From the NCBI GenBank assembly GCA_043819555.1, contig JBDREQ010000051.1:1-31340 (forward strand): DNA of 31,340 bases, in the 5' to 3' direction. The position numbers and the translations under genes are program-made. Source of the DNA: Candidatus Zixiibacteriota bacterium. Lineage in GTDB: Bacteria > Zixibacteria > MSB-5A5 > GN15 > JAAZOE01. The notes below the pieces were generated by a model. The model saw only the letters and a list, made by a program, of their open reading frames with translations, was not told where the DNA came from and made no database searches. Below, in pieces: positions 6,093 to 17,290 of this stretch (position 1 is its first letter; each line of letters opens with the position of its first letter).

Positions 6093-9000
6093 ACGGTTTA
6101 AAATTCCACTTTTTGGAGTCGTCTTCATTCTCCTGGTATTGACAACCGGAGTTATCCTTCTATACAAATCGCATATCCTTGAAAACTGGGTTAACCGTTA
6201 TCTGACTGATAAGCTGGCCGAACAGTACAATCTGGATGTGATCATAGAAGAGATCGACGGTTCCTTCGTCTCCGGTTTCCGTCTGCAAAATGTGTTACTA
6301 AATCATCGGAGCGGGGAAGAAACTATTCCTGTTGCTTTGATTCCCGCCATTTCAATGAAATATGACTTTTCCAATTTGTGGAATAAGCGCTGGATTATTG
6401 ACAGTTTGTGGCTTGAAGGACCGCAGATTTTCTTGAGAAAAGATGAAAATGGAAATTGGATTTTACCGAGTCTGGGAGGAAATGGAGAAGGAAAGACCAA
6501 TTTATCGAATTGGGAAGTCGGCTATCTGTCGATCTCACAAGCAGCAATTAAACTGGATTTACCTGAAATACATATTGCCTGGAAAGATGTCGGGTTAAAA
6601 GCATCTGCAAGGTCCGAAGAGGGTACCATCACGGCGAAGGTTGATACGCTTCGCATGAACTGCGAAGATCGCCGTTATCAAATAAAATTCGCGACCGGAG
6701 TGGCTACTATATTTAAGAAAAGGGTCGCGATTCAAAACGCGTTCTTGGTCGGTGATTCCTCCGAATTTAATTTTTCACTGGTTTACGAAAATAATGGTGA
6801 TGCCAAATTTGAGATTACGATTGGCAACTCCAAAATCCGCCTTGAAGATATCATCTCGCTGTTTAGTGATGCCGACATCGATGGTGATATCGATCTGTCC
6901 GGCGCAATTTATCATCAGACCGGTAAAACTGGGGGAGATGTTCTTATTTCCGGTATCTTCAAGGGCAGGAGCATTGATTCATTGCATACCCGCTTTCAAG
7001 TAAATGATAATGTTTTATTTTTAGACACTCTCTACGGGCAGATACTTAATGGCTGTGGCATCTCCGGATTCGGCAATATTGATTTCGATTCGGCTCCATC
7101 GGGGTATTTTTTTTCGGCTTCGGTAGATTCCTTTGATTTGATTAATCTTATTCCCGGTTCATTTTCTTCAAATCTTAATGGGCATTTGATTATCAACGGC
7201 CGGGGCCTTCAGTCCAATACCATGATTATGGATTTGGATCTCAATCTGGACGAATCGTATTTTGATATATATCATTTCCATCAGGCTCGCGGCCAGATGA
7301 CATTATCCAAATCCGGAATGTATTTTTACCCTGAGTTTTTGTTTAAATATTATGACAATGAATTCTGGTGTGGCGGGGATATTGAATTTAATGGGGATAT
7401 CAATGTAAATGCCCGTTCAGAATTGCCGGATCTTTCTAATTTCGCTCATCAAACTTTCATCGACCTCCCGGCCGGTAGAGCGAAAGCCGAATATTCCTTC
7501 ACTGGACTCGTTAAAGATCCCAATTTGACGGGCACTTTTACTTCCGATTCGCTGTGGCTGTATGGCTTTTATTCAAATGATTTCAAGGGCGAGTTTGATA
7601 TAACCAGCTTTATTCACGAAAAGCGGGGCCCCATAAATATATCGTGCGCGAACGGTAGTGCCTGGGCGTTTCCTTATGATACGCTGTATGCCGAGATGGT
7701 TCTGGACAGCAATATCCTTGTTATTGACACCATTAGGATAAAAAACGATATTTCCGAAAGCATCGCCGACTGCGAGCTTGATTTTTTGAGTTATCCGCAA
7801 AATCTTTCCGTCAAAAGCTTTTCATCCGAGATTGCCGGGCGCAGTTTTGTATCATCCGGGTCTCACGAGATATTGATCGATTCATCGGGATTTCTCTTTG
7901 ATAAATTTCAAATTGAAGGTTCCGACGGGGCCATTGAATTTGGCGGACGAGTCGATTACGATGAAAAGCTTGATTTAATCTGGGGAGTTCACCGAGTTTC
8001 AATCGCTCCCTGGGTGCGCATGTTTAACGATAGTCTTGATATTTCCGGTCGCTTGTTTTCGAGAGGCACTGTCAGGGGAGGATTTCTCAATCCCCAATTC
8101 AATCTGACTGCCGATGTGGATTCACTTACCTATCGAGGATTGCATTTGGGGCGCCTCAATTCGTTTTTAAATTATTACGATTCGCTGCTTTACATTGATT
8201 CGGCATATTTTTATTCAGAGAAAGGCGTTTATAAAGCTTCGGGTGAATTCCCGATAAATTTGGCTTTCTCATCCGATAATATTCCGTTTGATGATCGCGA
8301 GCAGAATATCGCCATTCATGCCTCCGATTTAAAGCTCGATCTGGCGTCGTTTGTGATGGAATCAGTCGAATATATGACGGGTAATTTTACAGCCGATTTT
8401 ATTCTGACCGGCCGTCCTACTCAACCGCACCTGAATGGCTCCAGTTCTTTGAAAAACGGAATTATTAAGTTGATTGACTTAAAGGATATTCTCGATAGTG
8501 TCGAGATTGACCTTGAAATGAGTGATGACTCAATAAGGATTGTACACGGCAAAGCCAATATAAAAAACAAAAATAAGAAGAAAAACGGAGTCATTCTTGC
8601 CAACGGGACTATAATTATCGAGGATATCAAAAACTTTGACTACAATCTGAATGTTCACTGCCTCGATATCCCAATAAATTATGAGATGGGCGAATTCACT
8701 GGTTACGTTGAAGAGGCCGGATTCATTGTGACCGGTTCCTCGCCGCCATTAGTCAAAACCGACTCGACTTGGTCCATCCTGATTAAATCCGCCGAATACG
8801 GTGAGAGTTTCGAAGATGAATCGGGATTTAATATCCTGACCGCGCTTGAATCGGATAAATCCTGGGATCTGGATTTATTGGTTGAATTTCCGGCGAAATT
8901 CTGGGTTAAAAACAGCGATATCAATGCCGAATTCGGAGGGAATCTAAATATCGTAAGGGAATCAGGCCGGTATAATTTTCTGGGGAATCTCGAAGTCATC

Positions 9001-9624
9001 AGAGGCAAAATATATCTTTATGACAAGACCTATCGTATGACCCCGGGAGGCAGTATAATTTATGAAAACATCGAAGAGCTTAATCCAAAACTGAATTTCG
9101 AGATTTCAACTCGCATTCGTACTCAGCAACGATATACTGGATTTGAGGCGGAAGAGAGTTATTCGTATGAATTAAAACTGCTTGTCGGCGGTGACCTTGA
9201 AAATCCTATTTTTACCCCCACAGGAGAGACGCCGATATCCAGCGAAAATATCCTGCCATCTATTATTGCTAATGCCGAGGTAGGGGCCGAACAGACCGGG
9301 AGCGATTTATCCAACCGGATTACCCTCGGCGGAGTTGGACTCCTGGCCAATCAAATGTCGCGGATCGGAACCCGCTCTCTGGGAGTGGAAACATTTGAAA
9401 TTAATCCCGATTATCGAGGTGGATTCGATGCCTCAGGAACGCAAATAACGATCGGTACCTACATGTTTCCTAATTTGTACATTTCCGGCAGTAGTTATTT
9501 CGATGTCAATCGAGGACAGGAATTCGGCGCCGAAGTCAGACTGGGACGAAATTATCTTCTCGAAGGCCGCCGCGATGAAGCCAACCTGTATCATTTTACA
9601 TTCAAGATTCACTGGGACTATTGA
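6085..9624 (+). CDS. tamB: TamB/AsmA-like translocation and assembly module protein
   Basis: N-terminal membrane anchor, about 1180 aa of beta-rich repeats, DUF490-like C-terminus (G.L.NP, aromatic end ...WDY); translationally coupled (TGATG) to an Omp85 gene. Confidence 0.8.
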   Translation: MRKRFKIPLFGVVFILLVLTTGVILLYKSHILENWVNRYLTDKLAEQYNLDVIIEEIDGSFVSGFRLQNVLLNHRSGEETIPVALIPAISMKYDFSNLWNKRWIIDSLWLEGPQIFLRKDENGNWILPSLGGNGEGKTNLSNWEVGYLSISQAAIKLDLPEIHIAWKDVGLKASARSEEGTITAKVDTLRMNCEDRRYQIKFATGVATIFKKRVAIQNAFLVGDSSEFNFSLVYENNGDAKFEITIGNSKIRLEDIISLFSDADIDGDIDLSGAIYHQTGKTGGDVLISGIFKGRSIDSLHTRFQVNDNVLFLDTLYGQILNGCGISGFGNIDFDSAPSGYFFSASVDSFDLINLIPGSFSSNLNGHLIINGRGLQSNTMIMDLDLNLDESYFDIYHFHQARGQMTLSKSGMYFYPEFLFKYYDNEFWCGGDIEFNGDINVNARSELPDLSNFAHQTFIDLPAGRAKAEYSFTGLVKDPNLTGTFTSDSLWLYGFYSNDFKGEFDITSFIHEKRGPINISCANGSAWAFPYDTLYAEMVLDSNILVIDTIRIKNDISESIADCELDFLSYPQNLSVKSFSSEIAGRSFVSSGSHEILIDSSGFLFDKFQIEGSDGAIEFGGRVDYDEKLDLIWGVHRVSIAPWVRMFNDSLDISGRLFSRGTVRGGFLNPQFNLTADVDSLTYRGLHLGRLNSFLNYYDSLLYIDSAYFYSEKGVYKASGEFPINLAFSSDNIPFDDREQNIAIHASDLKLDLASFVMESVEYMTGNFTADFILTGRPTQPHLNGSSSLKNGIIKLIDLKDILDSVEIDLEMSDDSIRIVHGKANIKNKNKKKNGVILANGTIIIEDIKNFDYNLNVHCLDIPINYEMGEFTGYVEEAGFIVTGSSPPLVKTDSTWSILIKSAEYGESFEDESGFNILTALESDKSWDLDLLVEFPAKFWVKNSDINAEFGGNLNIVRESGRYNFLGNLEVIRGKIYLYDKTYRMTPGGSIIYENIEELNPKLNFEISTRIRTQQRYTGFEAEESYSYELKLLVGGDLENPIFTPTGETPISSENILPSIIANAEVGAEQTGSDLSNRITLGGVGLLANQMSRIGTRSLGVETFEINPDYRGGFDASGTQITIGTYMFPNLYISGSSYFDVNRGQEFGAEVRLGRNYLLEGRRDEANLYHFTFKIHWDY

Positions 9625-11570
9625 TGTTTAAATGTTTTCGTTATATATTTGTTGTTCTTCCGATATGTTTTCTGATGCTTTTCACATTTTCGGAATCGGA
9701 GGCCCAGGTCCTTTCCAAAGAAGGAAGGCTCTTTAAATCATGGATGGCAGATAATCCCTATATATCGGAAATAATAATCGATGGGAATCAATTTATTTCA
9801 GACTCAAAGATCCGCTCCAAATTATTTTCTCGCAAAAATACGTTCTGGCAGGCTTTGAAATCAGGCTCTCGAAATCGGGTCCTGCGATATTCAATTAACC
9901 GCGATACGCTTGAGATTAAATATCTTTATTACCGTGAAGGATTTCTGAATATCGGTGTCGATGAATCGGTTGAAATGAAAGCCAGTGATTCCAGCGCCAT
10001 TGTTCATATTAATATTGACGAAGGCAGTCGTTTTCTCATTGGTCGCGTTAATTTTCTGGCAAATGATAGTCTGGTTTTCTTGGGCGAATTAAGAAAAGTC
10101 GCCAATCGTTTGCGAACCGGTGATCCTGTCGATCCTATTAAATTAAATGAAATAGTATTTGATCTAAAAACACGCTTTGCCAATAACGGCTACCCATACG
10201 CGATTGTTGAAACCGCCATTGATTCCAGCGCCGGCTCGCAAAACACGAATATATCTATCACAGCTAACGAAGGCCAATTAGTTCGATTCGGAGAAGTCTT
10301 TTTTGATAAGTTAAACTACTATTCGTCAGGTCTGGCCGCACGAGAAATCGCCTTCGAAAAAGGCGCAATTTACAGCCGCGAACAAATACTAAAATCCCAG
10401 AAACAACTATATTCAACTAATCTCTTCAATTCAATCAGCCTGAGTTTTGTTCGCCCCTCATCCGATCAACAAGTACCCGTCGATAGCCTTAATCCGGATT
10501 TCCTGTTTTCCGCCGTGGAAAGAAAACCCCATTATGTAACGGTCAAAACAGGCGCCAGTCAGGATTCGCTTCAGGATTTGACCTGGGATTTTTCTGCAGC
10601 ATGGGGAAAGCGGAATTTCTGGAAGTCCAGGCGCCTTGAAATATCCGCCAGCTCTCGGTTCGTCATATTTACCGATTGGCGCGTCGTGCTGCATCGTTAT
10701 CAGATTCGATTGATCGAGCCTCGCTTTATGAAATTGCGCCTGCCATTAACGCTCACCGCCAGGTTTGAACCTGGGGTGCGTTCGCAAGTACAGCCATATA
10801 GAGTGCAAACATCGCTTCTTGCCTTATCAACTCGCAAAGAATGGTCTGAACGGCTGTTTGCTGTTATTTCAGGAGAATATGAAAGCGTAAATATCTATGG
10901 CGTCTCAAAAGATGAAATTGAAGCCATCAGGCAGGAAGAAAATATCTCTATCCGTCGAAAATTAACTTTCATTCTCGTTCGCGACAGCCGCCTGGATAAA
11001 TTTGTACCGAAACAGGGCTCCTTCACAACCTATTACGCCCAATACGTAGGAGGAATATTGGGTGGAGATGATAGTTTTTTAAAACTCGAATTTTCATGGG
11101 CTCGCTATCAAAAAGCAATCGGCTCCTTCATCCACGCCACGCGTATAAAAGGAGGATGGGTCAAGGAAATGGGAAAATCAACAGAGGTCCCTACCAACGA
11201 TAGGTTTTATCTGGGCGGGGCTAATACCATACGTGGATTCAGGGAAAATATAATCGGACCGCGAATTGATCTTGAGGCCTATCAATTTGAAGATAGCACA
11301 AATATCGGAGCCAATACTTATTTAATATTTAATCAGGAATTGCGTTTTCCTATTCTCGGTAAATTCTGGGGCTCGGTTTTTGCCGATATCGGTAATGCCT
11401 GGGGATCATTTTCAGATATCGATCCCGATGATCTCTTATTTGCTTACGGTGCCGGGTTTCAGTATTTATCCCCGGCCGGGCCACTCCGCCTCGATTACGC
11501 ACATCATCTCGAAAACGGCATTTATGCTGAGGATAGCCGCTGGCATATTACCATTCTGTACGCCTTTTAA
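9624..11570 (+). CDS. Omp85 family (TamA/BamA-like) outer-membrane protein with POTRA domains
   Basis: Signal peptide, about 3 POTRA repeats (I.I.GN, Y...GF, GYPYA), barrel motifs RFYLGGANTIRGF, F.D.GN, P.GPLRLDY and C-terminal Phe. Confidence 0.92.
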   Translation: MFKCFRYIFVVLPICFLMLFTFSESEAQVLSKEGRLFKSWMADNPYISEIIIDGNQFISDSKIRSKLFSRKNTFWQALKSGSRNRVLRYSINRDTLEIKYLYYREGFLNIGVDESVEMKASDSSAIVHINIDEGSRFLIGRVNFLANDSLVFLGELRKVANRLRTGDPVDPIKLNEIVFDLKTRFANNGYPYAIVETAIDSSAGSQNTNISITANEGQLVRFGEVFFDKLNYYSSGLAAREIAFEKGAIYSREQILKSQKQLYSTNLFNSISLSFVRPSSDQQVPVDSLNPDFLFSAVERKPHYVTVKTGASQDSLQDLTWDFSAAWGKRNFWKSRRLEISASSRFVIFTDWRVVLHRYQIRLIEPRFMKLRLPLTLTARFEPGVRSQVQPYRVQTSLLALSTRKEWSERLFAVISGEYESVNIYGVSKDEIEAIRQEENISIRRKLTFILVRDSRLDKFVPKQGSFTTYYAQYVGGILGGDDSFLKLEFSWARYQKAIGSFIHATRIKGGWVKEMGKSTEVPTNDRFYLGGANTIRGFRENIIGPRIDLEAYQFEDSTNIGANTYLIFNQELRFPILGKFWGSVFADIGNAWGSFSDIDPDDLLFAYGAGFQYLSPAGPLRLDYAHHLENGIYAEDSRWHITILYAF

Positions 11571-11589
11571 TCAAATTAAACAAAATGGA

Positions 11590-11618
11590 TTGACAAGTCC
11601 CCCGATTTATACTATTAT
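11590..11618 (+). promoter_or_regulatory. sigma70 promoter upstream of iscS
   Basis: TTGACA-N17-TATTAT. Confidence 0.75.
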
Positions 11619-11660
11619 TTTTCCGGAAAGTTCGTAACTATGATTTGAGGTCCGATAAGC

Positions 11661-12827
11661 ATGGAAACAATATACTTAGATTATAACAGCACTACCCCGA
11701 TGCATAAAGATGTTATTGCAATTATGCAAAAGCATATGGTTGAAACTTATGGTAATCCTTCATCGATACATAAGTTAGGACAAAAATCTAAAGTATTAAT
11801 GGAAAAGGCTCGCGCAAATATAGCAAATCTTCTGGGTGCGGAAGCATCTGAAATTTATTTTACATCCGGAGGTACTGAAGCCGATAATATTGCTTTTAAG
11901 GGAGCCGCATATGCCGGTCAGAAAAAGGGAAATCATCTAATCACATCTCAAATTGAGCATCACGCAGTTTTGGAATCCGGCCATTTTTTGGAGAAGAACG
12001 GTTTTCAAGTAACTTATTTGGGGTGCGGCAGCGAGGGAATAGTTTCGATCGATGAGCTAAAGAAATCAATCAAACCGGAAACCACGACAGTTTCTGTTAT
12101 GATGGCCAATAATGAAACCGGAGTTATCCAGCCAATAAAGGAAATGGCGGCGATATGCCGCGAGGCAGGAGTTCTGTTTCATACCGATGCCGTTCAGGCC
12201 GTTGGTAAAATCCCAGTCAACGTCAAAGATCTGGGAGTTGATATGCTTTCGCTGTCAGGCCATAAAATTTATGGTCCTAAAGGAATCGGCGCTCTATATG
12301 TTCGCAAGGGTGTGCGCCTGACGCCATTGGTTCATGGCGGCGCTCATGAAAGGCGTAAGCGGGCTGGCACCGAAAATCTGATATCGATATTGGGTCTGGC
12401 GAAAGCGATGGAGCTTACCATAACCAGTATGGATAAAGAACATGCGCGCATGAAAGAGCTGAGCGATTATTTCATTAAAGAAGTTCAGACGAAGATATCC
12501 GAAGTTTATCTTAACGGCTCCTATGAAAATCGCGTTCCCTCAACGGTTAATCTATCTTTCAAAGGCGTTGAAGGCGAATCTATTATTTTATCATTGGATA
12601 TTAAGGGTATTGCCGTATCTTCTGGTTCGGCCTGTACTTCCGGTTCATTGGAAGCGTCACATGTTCTTCAAGCAATGAATGTGGATACGCTTCTTGCCCA
12701 GGGTTCCATCCGGTTTTCGATGGGAAAATATACCACTAAGGCTCATCTTGAATACACCGCCTCGGTTCTCCCGGAAATCATCGAACGGCTCAGGTCAATG
12801 TCAGCCGCATATCAAAAACCGGCATAG
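11661..12827 (+). CDS. iscS: Cysteine desulfurase (IscS/NifS type I)
   Basis: IYLDYNSTTP, GNPSS.H, FTSGGTE, HTDAVQ, SGHK.YGPKG, SSGSAC. Confidence 0.95.
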   Translation: METIYLDYNSTTPMHKDVIAIMQKHMVETYGNPSSIHKLGQKSKVLMEKARANIANLLGAEASEIYFTSGGTEADNIAFKGAAYAGQKKGNHLITSQIEHHAVLESGHFLEKNGFQVTYLGCGSEGIVSIDELKKSIKPETTTVSVMMANNETGVIQPIKEMAAICREAGVLFHTDAVQAVGKIPVNVKDLGVDMLSLSGHKIYGPKGIGALYVRKGVRLTPLVHGGAHERRKRAGTENLISILGLAKAMELTITSMDKEHARMKELSDYFIKEVQTKISEVYLNGSYENRVPSTVNLSFKGVEGESIILSLDIKGIAVSSGSACTSGSLEASHVLQAMNVDTLLAQGSIRFSMGKYTTKAHLEYTASVLPEIIERLRSMSAAYQKPA

Positions 12828-12830
12828 GGA

Positions 12831-12859
12831 TTGATTTTATCGCCTTGCCTTATTAAATT
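12831..12859 (+). promoter_or_regulatory. Putative internal sigma70 promoter for mnmA (leaderless)
   Basis: TTGATT-N17-TAAATT with ATG 6 nt after the -10 box; no Shine-Dalgarno. Confidence 0.45.
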
Positions 12860-12864
12860 GTCAT

Positions 12865-13971
12865 ATGAGCCGGAATAATCACGATAAATCTGTTTTAGTC
12901 GCCATGTCGGGCGGTGTCGATAGCTCCGTTGCCCTTTATTTACTCAAGGAACAGGGGTATAAGGTCACTGGTGCCACGATGAAGCTCTGGGATTTCTCCG
13001 AGGTTGGCGGAGCCGAACATGCCCGCTCTTCGGGCGGATGCTGCGATTTAGAAGCTATTAATAACGCCCGCAATGTTTGCCAGTTCCTCGGCGTGCCGCA
13101 CTATGTTCTTGATTTCAGCATAGAATTCAAAGAAATTGTTATCGACAATTTCGTTGATGAATATAAACATGGTCGCACACCCAACCCATGCATACTGTGC
13201 AATACTGAAATTAAGTGGGAAATGTTCTTGAAACGGGCCAGGGAAATTGGATGCGATTATATGGCCACGGGGCATTATTCCCGAGTTGATTACGATGATG
13301 AACAGGAAAGATATACAATTCGCCGCGGGCTGACGAATAATCGCGACCAGGCTTACGCTTTATGGGGTATTTCCCAGGAAGCCCTGGCGCGAACGATTTT
13401 GCCTTTGGGAGAGCTCTATAAATCAGACACTCGCCGCATTGCCCGGGAAGCCGGGCTTAAAACCGCTGATACAGCTGAAAGTATGGAAATTTGTTTTGTG
13501 ACTGACGATAATTATGAGAGATTTATGCGGGAATGGACCGGCGATGATATTTCACCGGGCGATATCGTGGATGCGTCCGGGAATATTCTGGGACAGCATA
13601 AAGGCATCCCGTTTTATACAATAGGTCAGAGAAAAGGCCTTTGTATTACTCACGATCACCCTTTGTATGTCAATAGAATTGACGTTGAAAATAACCGCAT
13701 ACATGTTTGCGATGGTACCGATGTGTATACGAAAAACCTTATCGTGTCCAATATTAATTGGGTGTCCATTCCTCCACAGAATGAACCCTTCCGGGGTCAT
13801 GTACAGATTCGTTATCAGCATGTCGCTCAACTGGCGACTGTTTACCCCGAAGAAAACGGCAAATTGAAAATCATCTTTGATGAACCTCAGCGGGCAATAA
13901 CTCCCGGACAATCAGCCGTAATCTTTAACGACGATATTCTCCTGGCCGGTGGTTTCATTGAGAGCCGTTAA
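12865..13971 (+). CDS. mnmA: tRNA-specific 2-thiouridylase
   Basis: SGGVDSS PP-loop, GRTPNPCILCN, ATGHY, EICF, YTIGQRKG, TPGQ. Confidence 0.97.
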   Translation: MSRNNHDKSVLVAMSGGVDSSVALYLLKEQGYKVTGATMKLWDFSEVGGAEHARSSGGCCDLEAINNARNVCQFLGVPHYVLDFSIEFKEIVIDNFVDEYKHGRTPNPCILCNTEIKWEMFLKRAREIGCDYMATGHYSRVDYDDEQERYTIRRGLTNNRDQAYALWGISQEALARTILPLGELYKSDTRRIAREAGLKTADTAESMEICFVTDDNYERFMREWTGDDISPGDIVDASGNILGQHKGIPFYTIGQRKGLCITHDHPLYVNRIDVENNRIHVCDGTDVYTKNLIVSNINWVSIPPQNEPFRGHVQIRYQHVAQLATVYPEENGKLKIIFDEPQRAITPGQSAVIFNDDILLAGGFIESR

Positions 13972-14055
13972 TTTCCAAAATTAATTGTTGTTGATTTCCA
14001 AAGTCACTTAGTATTTTTTTCTACCATCAGAATTGATAGAAATCAGGAGGGCATT

Positions 14056-14739
14056 ATGCTTACACTTACTTTTTATGGGCATTCATGCGTCATGGCTGAT
14101 GACGGAAAACAAAAAATAATTATCGATCCGTTCATCACCGGTAACCCGCAAGCCAGCGTTAAAGCTGAAGATATTGATGTCGATTATATTCTCGCAACCC
14201 ATGGGCATGGGGATCATCTGGGAGATGCCGTTGAAATCTCCAAGCGTTGCGGGGCTACAATCATTGCTCCCAACGAACTGGCGATTTGGGTATCTCAAAA
14301 AGGAGCTCTGGCTCATAACATGCATATTGGGGGGGCATATAATTTTGAGTTTGGCCGCGTCAAACTTACTATCGCGCACCACGGTTCCAGCGCCGGGGAA
14401 AGCGGTTTGGAATATACCGGCAATCCCTGCGGTTTTGTCTTTACCATGGGCGGTACGACGGTATACCATACCGGCGATACAGGATTATTTCTTGATATGA
14501 AACTTATCGGCGAGATGAACAACATTGATGTTATGTTTTTACCGATTGGCGATAATTTTACGATGGGCGTAGATGATGCCGTTAAGGCTGTTGAGTTTGT
14601 CAAACCAAAAAAGGTGATTCCGATGCATTTTGGTACATGGGATATAATCAAAGCCGATCCAGAAGAATTTAGGCAGAAACTAAAAGGCAGCGGCGTAGAT
14701 GTTATAGTAATGAAACCAAACGATTCGATCGAGGTCTAG
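14056..14739 (+). CDS. Metallo-beta-lactamase-fold metal-dependent hydrolase (UPF0173)
   Basis: GHS, IDPF.TGNP, THGHGDH, YHTGDT, PIGDNFTM, P.H; AGGAGG RBS. Confidence 0.93.
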   Translation: MLTLTFYGHSCVMADDGKQKIIIDPFITGNPQASVKAEDIDVDYILATHGHGDHLGDAVEISKRCGATIIAPNELAIWVSQKGALAHNMHIGGAYNFEFGRVKLTIAHHGSSAGESGLEYTGNPCGFVFTMGGTTVYHTGDTGLFLDMKLIGEMNNIDVMFLPIGDNFTMGVDDAVKAVEFVKPKKVIPMHFGTWDIIKADPEEFRQKLKGSGVDVIVMKPNDSIEV

Positions 14740-14746
14740 AGGCGTT

Positions 14747-17245
14747 ATGGGAGAGGATAAATTAAAAAAAACAAAAGGCTGGGGATGCCTGCTTAAGATA
14801 ATTATCTTTCTATTTGTTATTATTGTGATTCTAGTTTTGGCCGGAAAGTTTCTTTTTCCCAAGGAAACTGTTAAAAAAGAAATAGTCGATAGGGCTTCAA
14901 TGGCTCTCAAACGCCAGGTTGAACTCGATGATGTTTCTTTCTCGATTTTACCATGGCCGAATCTGCAATTAGTTGGACTGCGGATTTACAATCCCGAAAA
15001 TTTTCCCGGTACCGAATTTATTTCAGTCGATGAACTGGAATGCGGCCTTAAAATTATGCCGCTTTTTAAAAAAAGGCTGGAATTCACTGAAATCTCTCTG
15101 GAACATCCGGTAATACGACTCCGTAAGGCGGCTGATGGTCGAGTGAATTACCGCTTTGATATTGACACCGGTGATGAGCCGATCTCAACGCCAGTGGGAG
15201 ATAAAACGAAAATTAAATCCGAAGAAGCAGCCATGATGACCTTTGCTTTTGATTGGGCTGAGATTAATCATGGTGATATTACTTTTCAGGATGATTCGGC
15301 CAACACCAAAACTTCGCTCAATAATATAAAACTTGAAACTCGACTGAATCTTGAAGACGACGGCAAGAAAGGCCATTCCATCGGAACCGTGACAATTCCC
15401 TCAATCTCATCCGATGCGATTCCTGATGGCATTCCGCTCAACATGGAGTTTACCTATAACGCCGATATCGATTTTCAAAACGGTGATCTAACTCTTGAGA
15501 AATCCAAATTGATATTAAACGGTATCCCTCTTGATATTGAGGCGACAGTGCGCAATATGTTCGATCCGATTTCGATCTTTGTGCGAATCAATGCCAATGA
15601 TGTTGATATTAATCCCTTAAAAGAATATCTGCCCTCATCGGAAAACTTCGATAAGGAATTACTGCGTATTGATGGCAAGCTGTCCGGCGATGTCGAATCC
15701 CGCATCGAGATAAAAACTGACCGCAGTCCCTATCTCAGCGGACAATTTAAATTCAGCGATTTGACTGTTGGTTACGGCAATATCGCCGGACGAACGCATT
15801 TCGAAACTATGACCCTTGATTTTGATTCGGATTCAATTTCTTTTTATTCAGCAGGAGGTTCTCTTTCGGATAATCCCTGCGACATTTCCGGAAAAATAAA
15901 AAACTGGGATGATATTATTTACGAGATGGCTATCAAAGCCAAATATAATCTGGCCGGCATACAGCCGTTTCTGGATGAAAAGTCGAACAATGAATTGGCT
16001 GGTGCGGCTATTCTGGATATAAAAATGGCGGGTCAAAAATCGGATTGGGTAAACACGAGTATTCTCGGAACCGCCCAAATCGAAAATCTCTATTATAATA
16101 ATGATAGCCTGACATCACCTCTTGAAAAACTCAATATGAGACTTACCTTCGGCAGAGCGAATGTCACCGTTGATACTCTGTACGCCGAATACCCCGGCGC
16201 CTCGGTTTCACTGACCGGAACTCTGAAAAATGGTTTCGCCCATTTGATTGAACCGAGAAAAGGTCACAAAAAACCGCATCTCGATTACACACTATACTCA
16301 GCGCTTATTGACTATGATGTATTGGTTCCTGAAGAAGGTACTCCCGGCGCAAATTCAACCAGTAATGCAAAAGCTTCTGCAACCGAAGCATCGTCAGAGT
16401 CGCAGGCCATCACCGTTGCCGCGCCTATTTTTCTGCCCGATATCAGCGCCTCGGGAAAAGTCAATATTGACCGGTTTATTTTTCGGAAAATGGAATTTTT
16501 AAATATTTCGGGCGACGTTGATTATGACGATGGCCTGATTACTTTCAAAAATGCCGCAGGGAATATCTATTCAGGCGGCGTCAAGGCTTCCGGCACGGTT
16601 GATATAACCGATATGTATCAGCCTCTCATCACATCCAAATTTATTGCCGAAGGAATCGAAGCCAACGAGTTTTTATCCCAATTTACTAAAATCAAAGATC
16701 ATCTATTTGGCAAAGTCAACGCCACCGGGCAAATTTCCGGACGTGGAAGCGAGCCTCATGAATTTATAAAGTCAATTAACGCGCAGGCCAGCGCAAATAT
16801 CAATAAGGGGAGAATTATCAATTTTCCCGTGATAAAAAAGCTTGCCGAAAAAACCGGATTCAAAACATTTGAAGAAGAATCTATCCAAAATTTAACGACC
16901 GACCTGATTATCCGCGATGGCAAAATGCTCCTCGACGGCACCAAACTGTTCAGTCAGGTTGGCGACTGGGACATCAATGGTACTGTGGCGGTTGACAATT
17001 ATGATATGGATATGCAGGTCGGCCTGTATCTCTCAGAGAAATATTCACAGCAGGCCAACCTCCTCGGCGATCTCCTGCGCGATGATAACGGCCGCATCCG
17101 GGTTAATTTCAATCTGGGCGGGACATATCTCAATCCAACCCTGTCGAAGTTCTCGACCGACCAAAACGTCATCAAAAAGAAAGTCGAGAATGAACTTAAA
17201 AAGGAAGTTAAAGACCTTTTCAATAAACTGATTAAGAAAAAGTAA
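14747..17245 (+). CDS. AsmA family protein
   Basis: N-terminal TM helix, AsmA N-domain (SILPWP.L.L....I.NP..F), beta-rich middle and AsmA-like C-terminus (G....P). Confidence 0.85.
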   Translation: MGEDKLKKTKGWGCLLKIIIFLFVIIVILVLAGKFLFPKETVKKEIVDRASMALKRQVELDDVSFSILPWPNLQLVGLRIYNPENFPGTEFISVDELECGLKIMPLFKKRLEFTEISLEHPVIRLRKAADGRVNYRFDIDTGDEPISTPVGDKTKIKSEEAAMMTFAFDWAEINHGDITFQDDSANTKTSLNNIKLETRLNLEDDGKKGHSIGTVTIPSISSDAIPDGIPLNMEFTYNADIDFQNGDLTLEKSKLILNGIPLDIEATVRNMFDPISIFVRINANDVDINPLKEYLPSSENFDKELLRIDGKLSGDVESRIEIKTDRSPYLSGQFKFSDLTVGYGNIAGRTHFETMTLDFDSDSISFYSAGGSLSDNPCDISGKIKNWDDIIYEMAIKAKYNLAGIQPFLDEKSNNELAGAAILDIKMAGQKSDWVNTSILGTAQIENLYYNNDSLTSPLEKLNMRLTFGRANVTVDTLYAEYPGASVSLTGTLKNGFAHLIEPRKGHKKPHLDYTLYSALIDYDVLVPEEGTPGANSTSNAKASATEASSESQAITVAAPIFLPDISASGKVNIDRFIFRKMEFLNISGDVDYDDGLITFKNAAGNIYSGGVKASGTVDITDMYQPLITSKFIAEGIEANEFLSQFTKIKDHLFGKVNATGQISGRGSEPHEFIKSINAQASANINKGRIINFPVIKKLAEKTGFKTFEEESIQNLTTDLIIRDGKMLLDGTKLFSQVGDWDINGTVAVDNYDMDMQVGLYLSEKYSQQANLLGDLLRDDNGRIRVNFNLGGTYLNPTLSKFSTDQNVIKKKVENELKKEVKDLFNKLIKKK

Positions 17246-17290
17246 GAGATAAATATTTGCGCCGGAAATCCGACTTATCGTATAACGACT

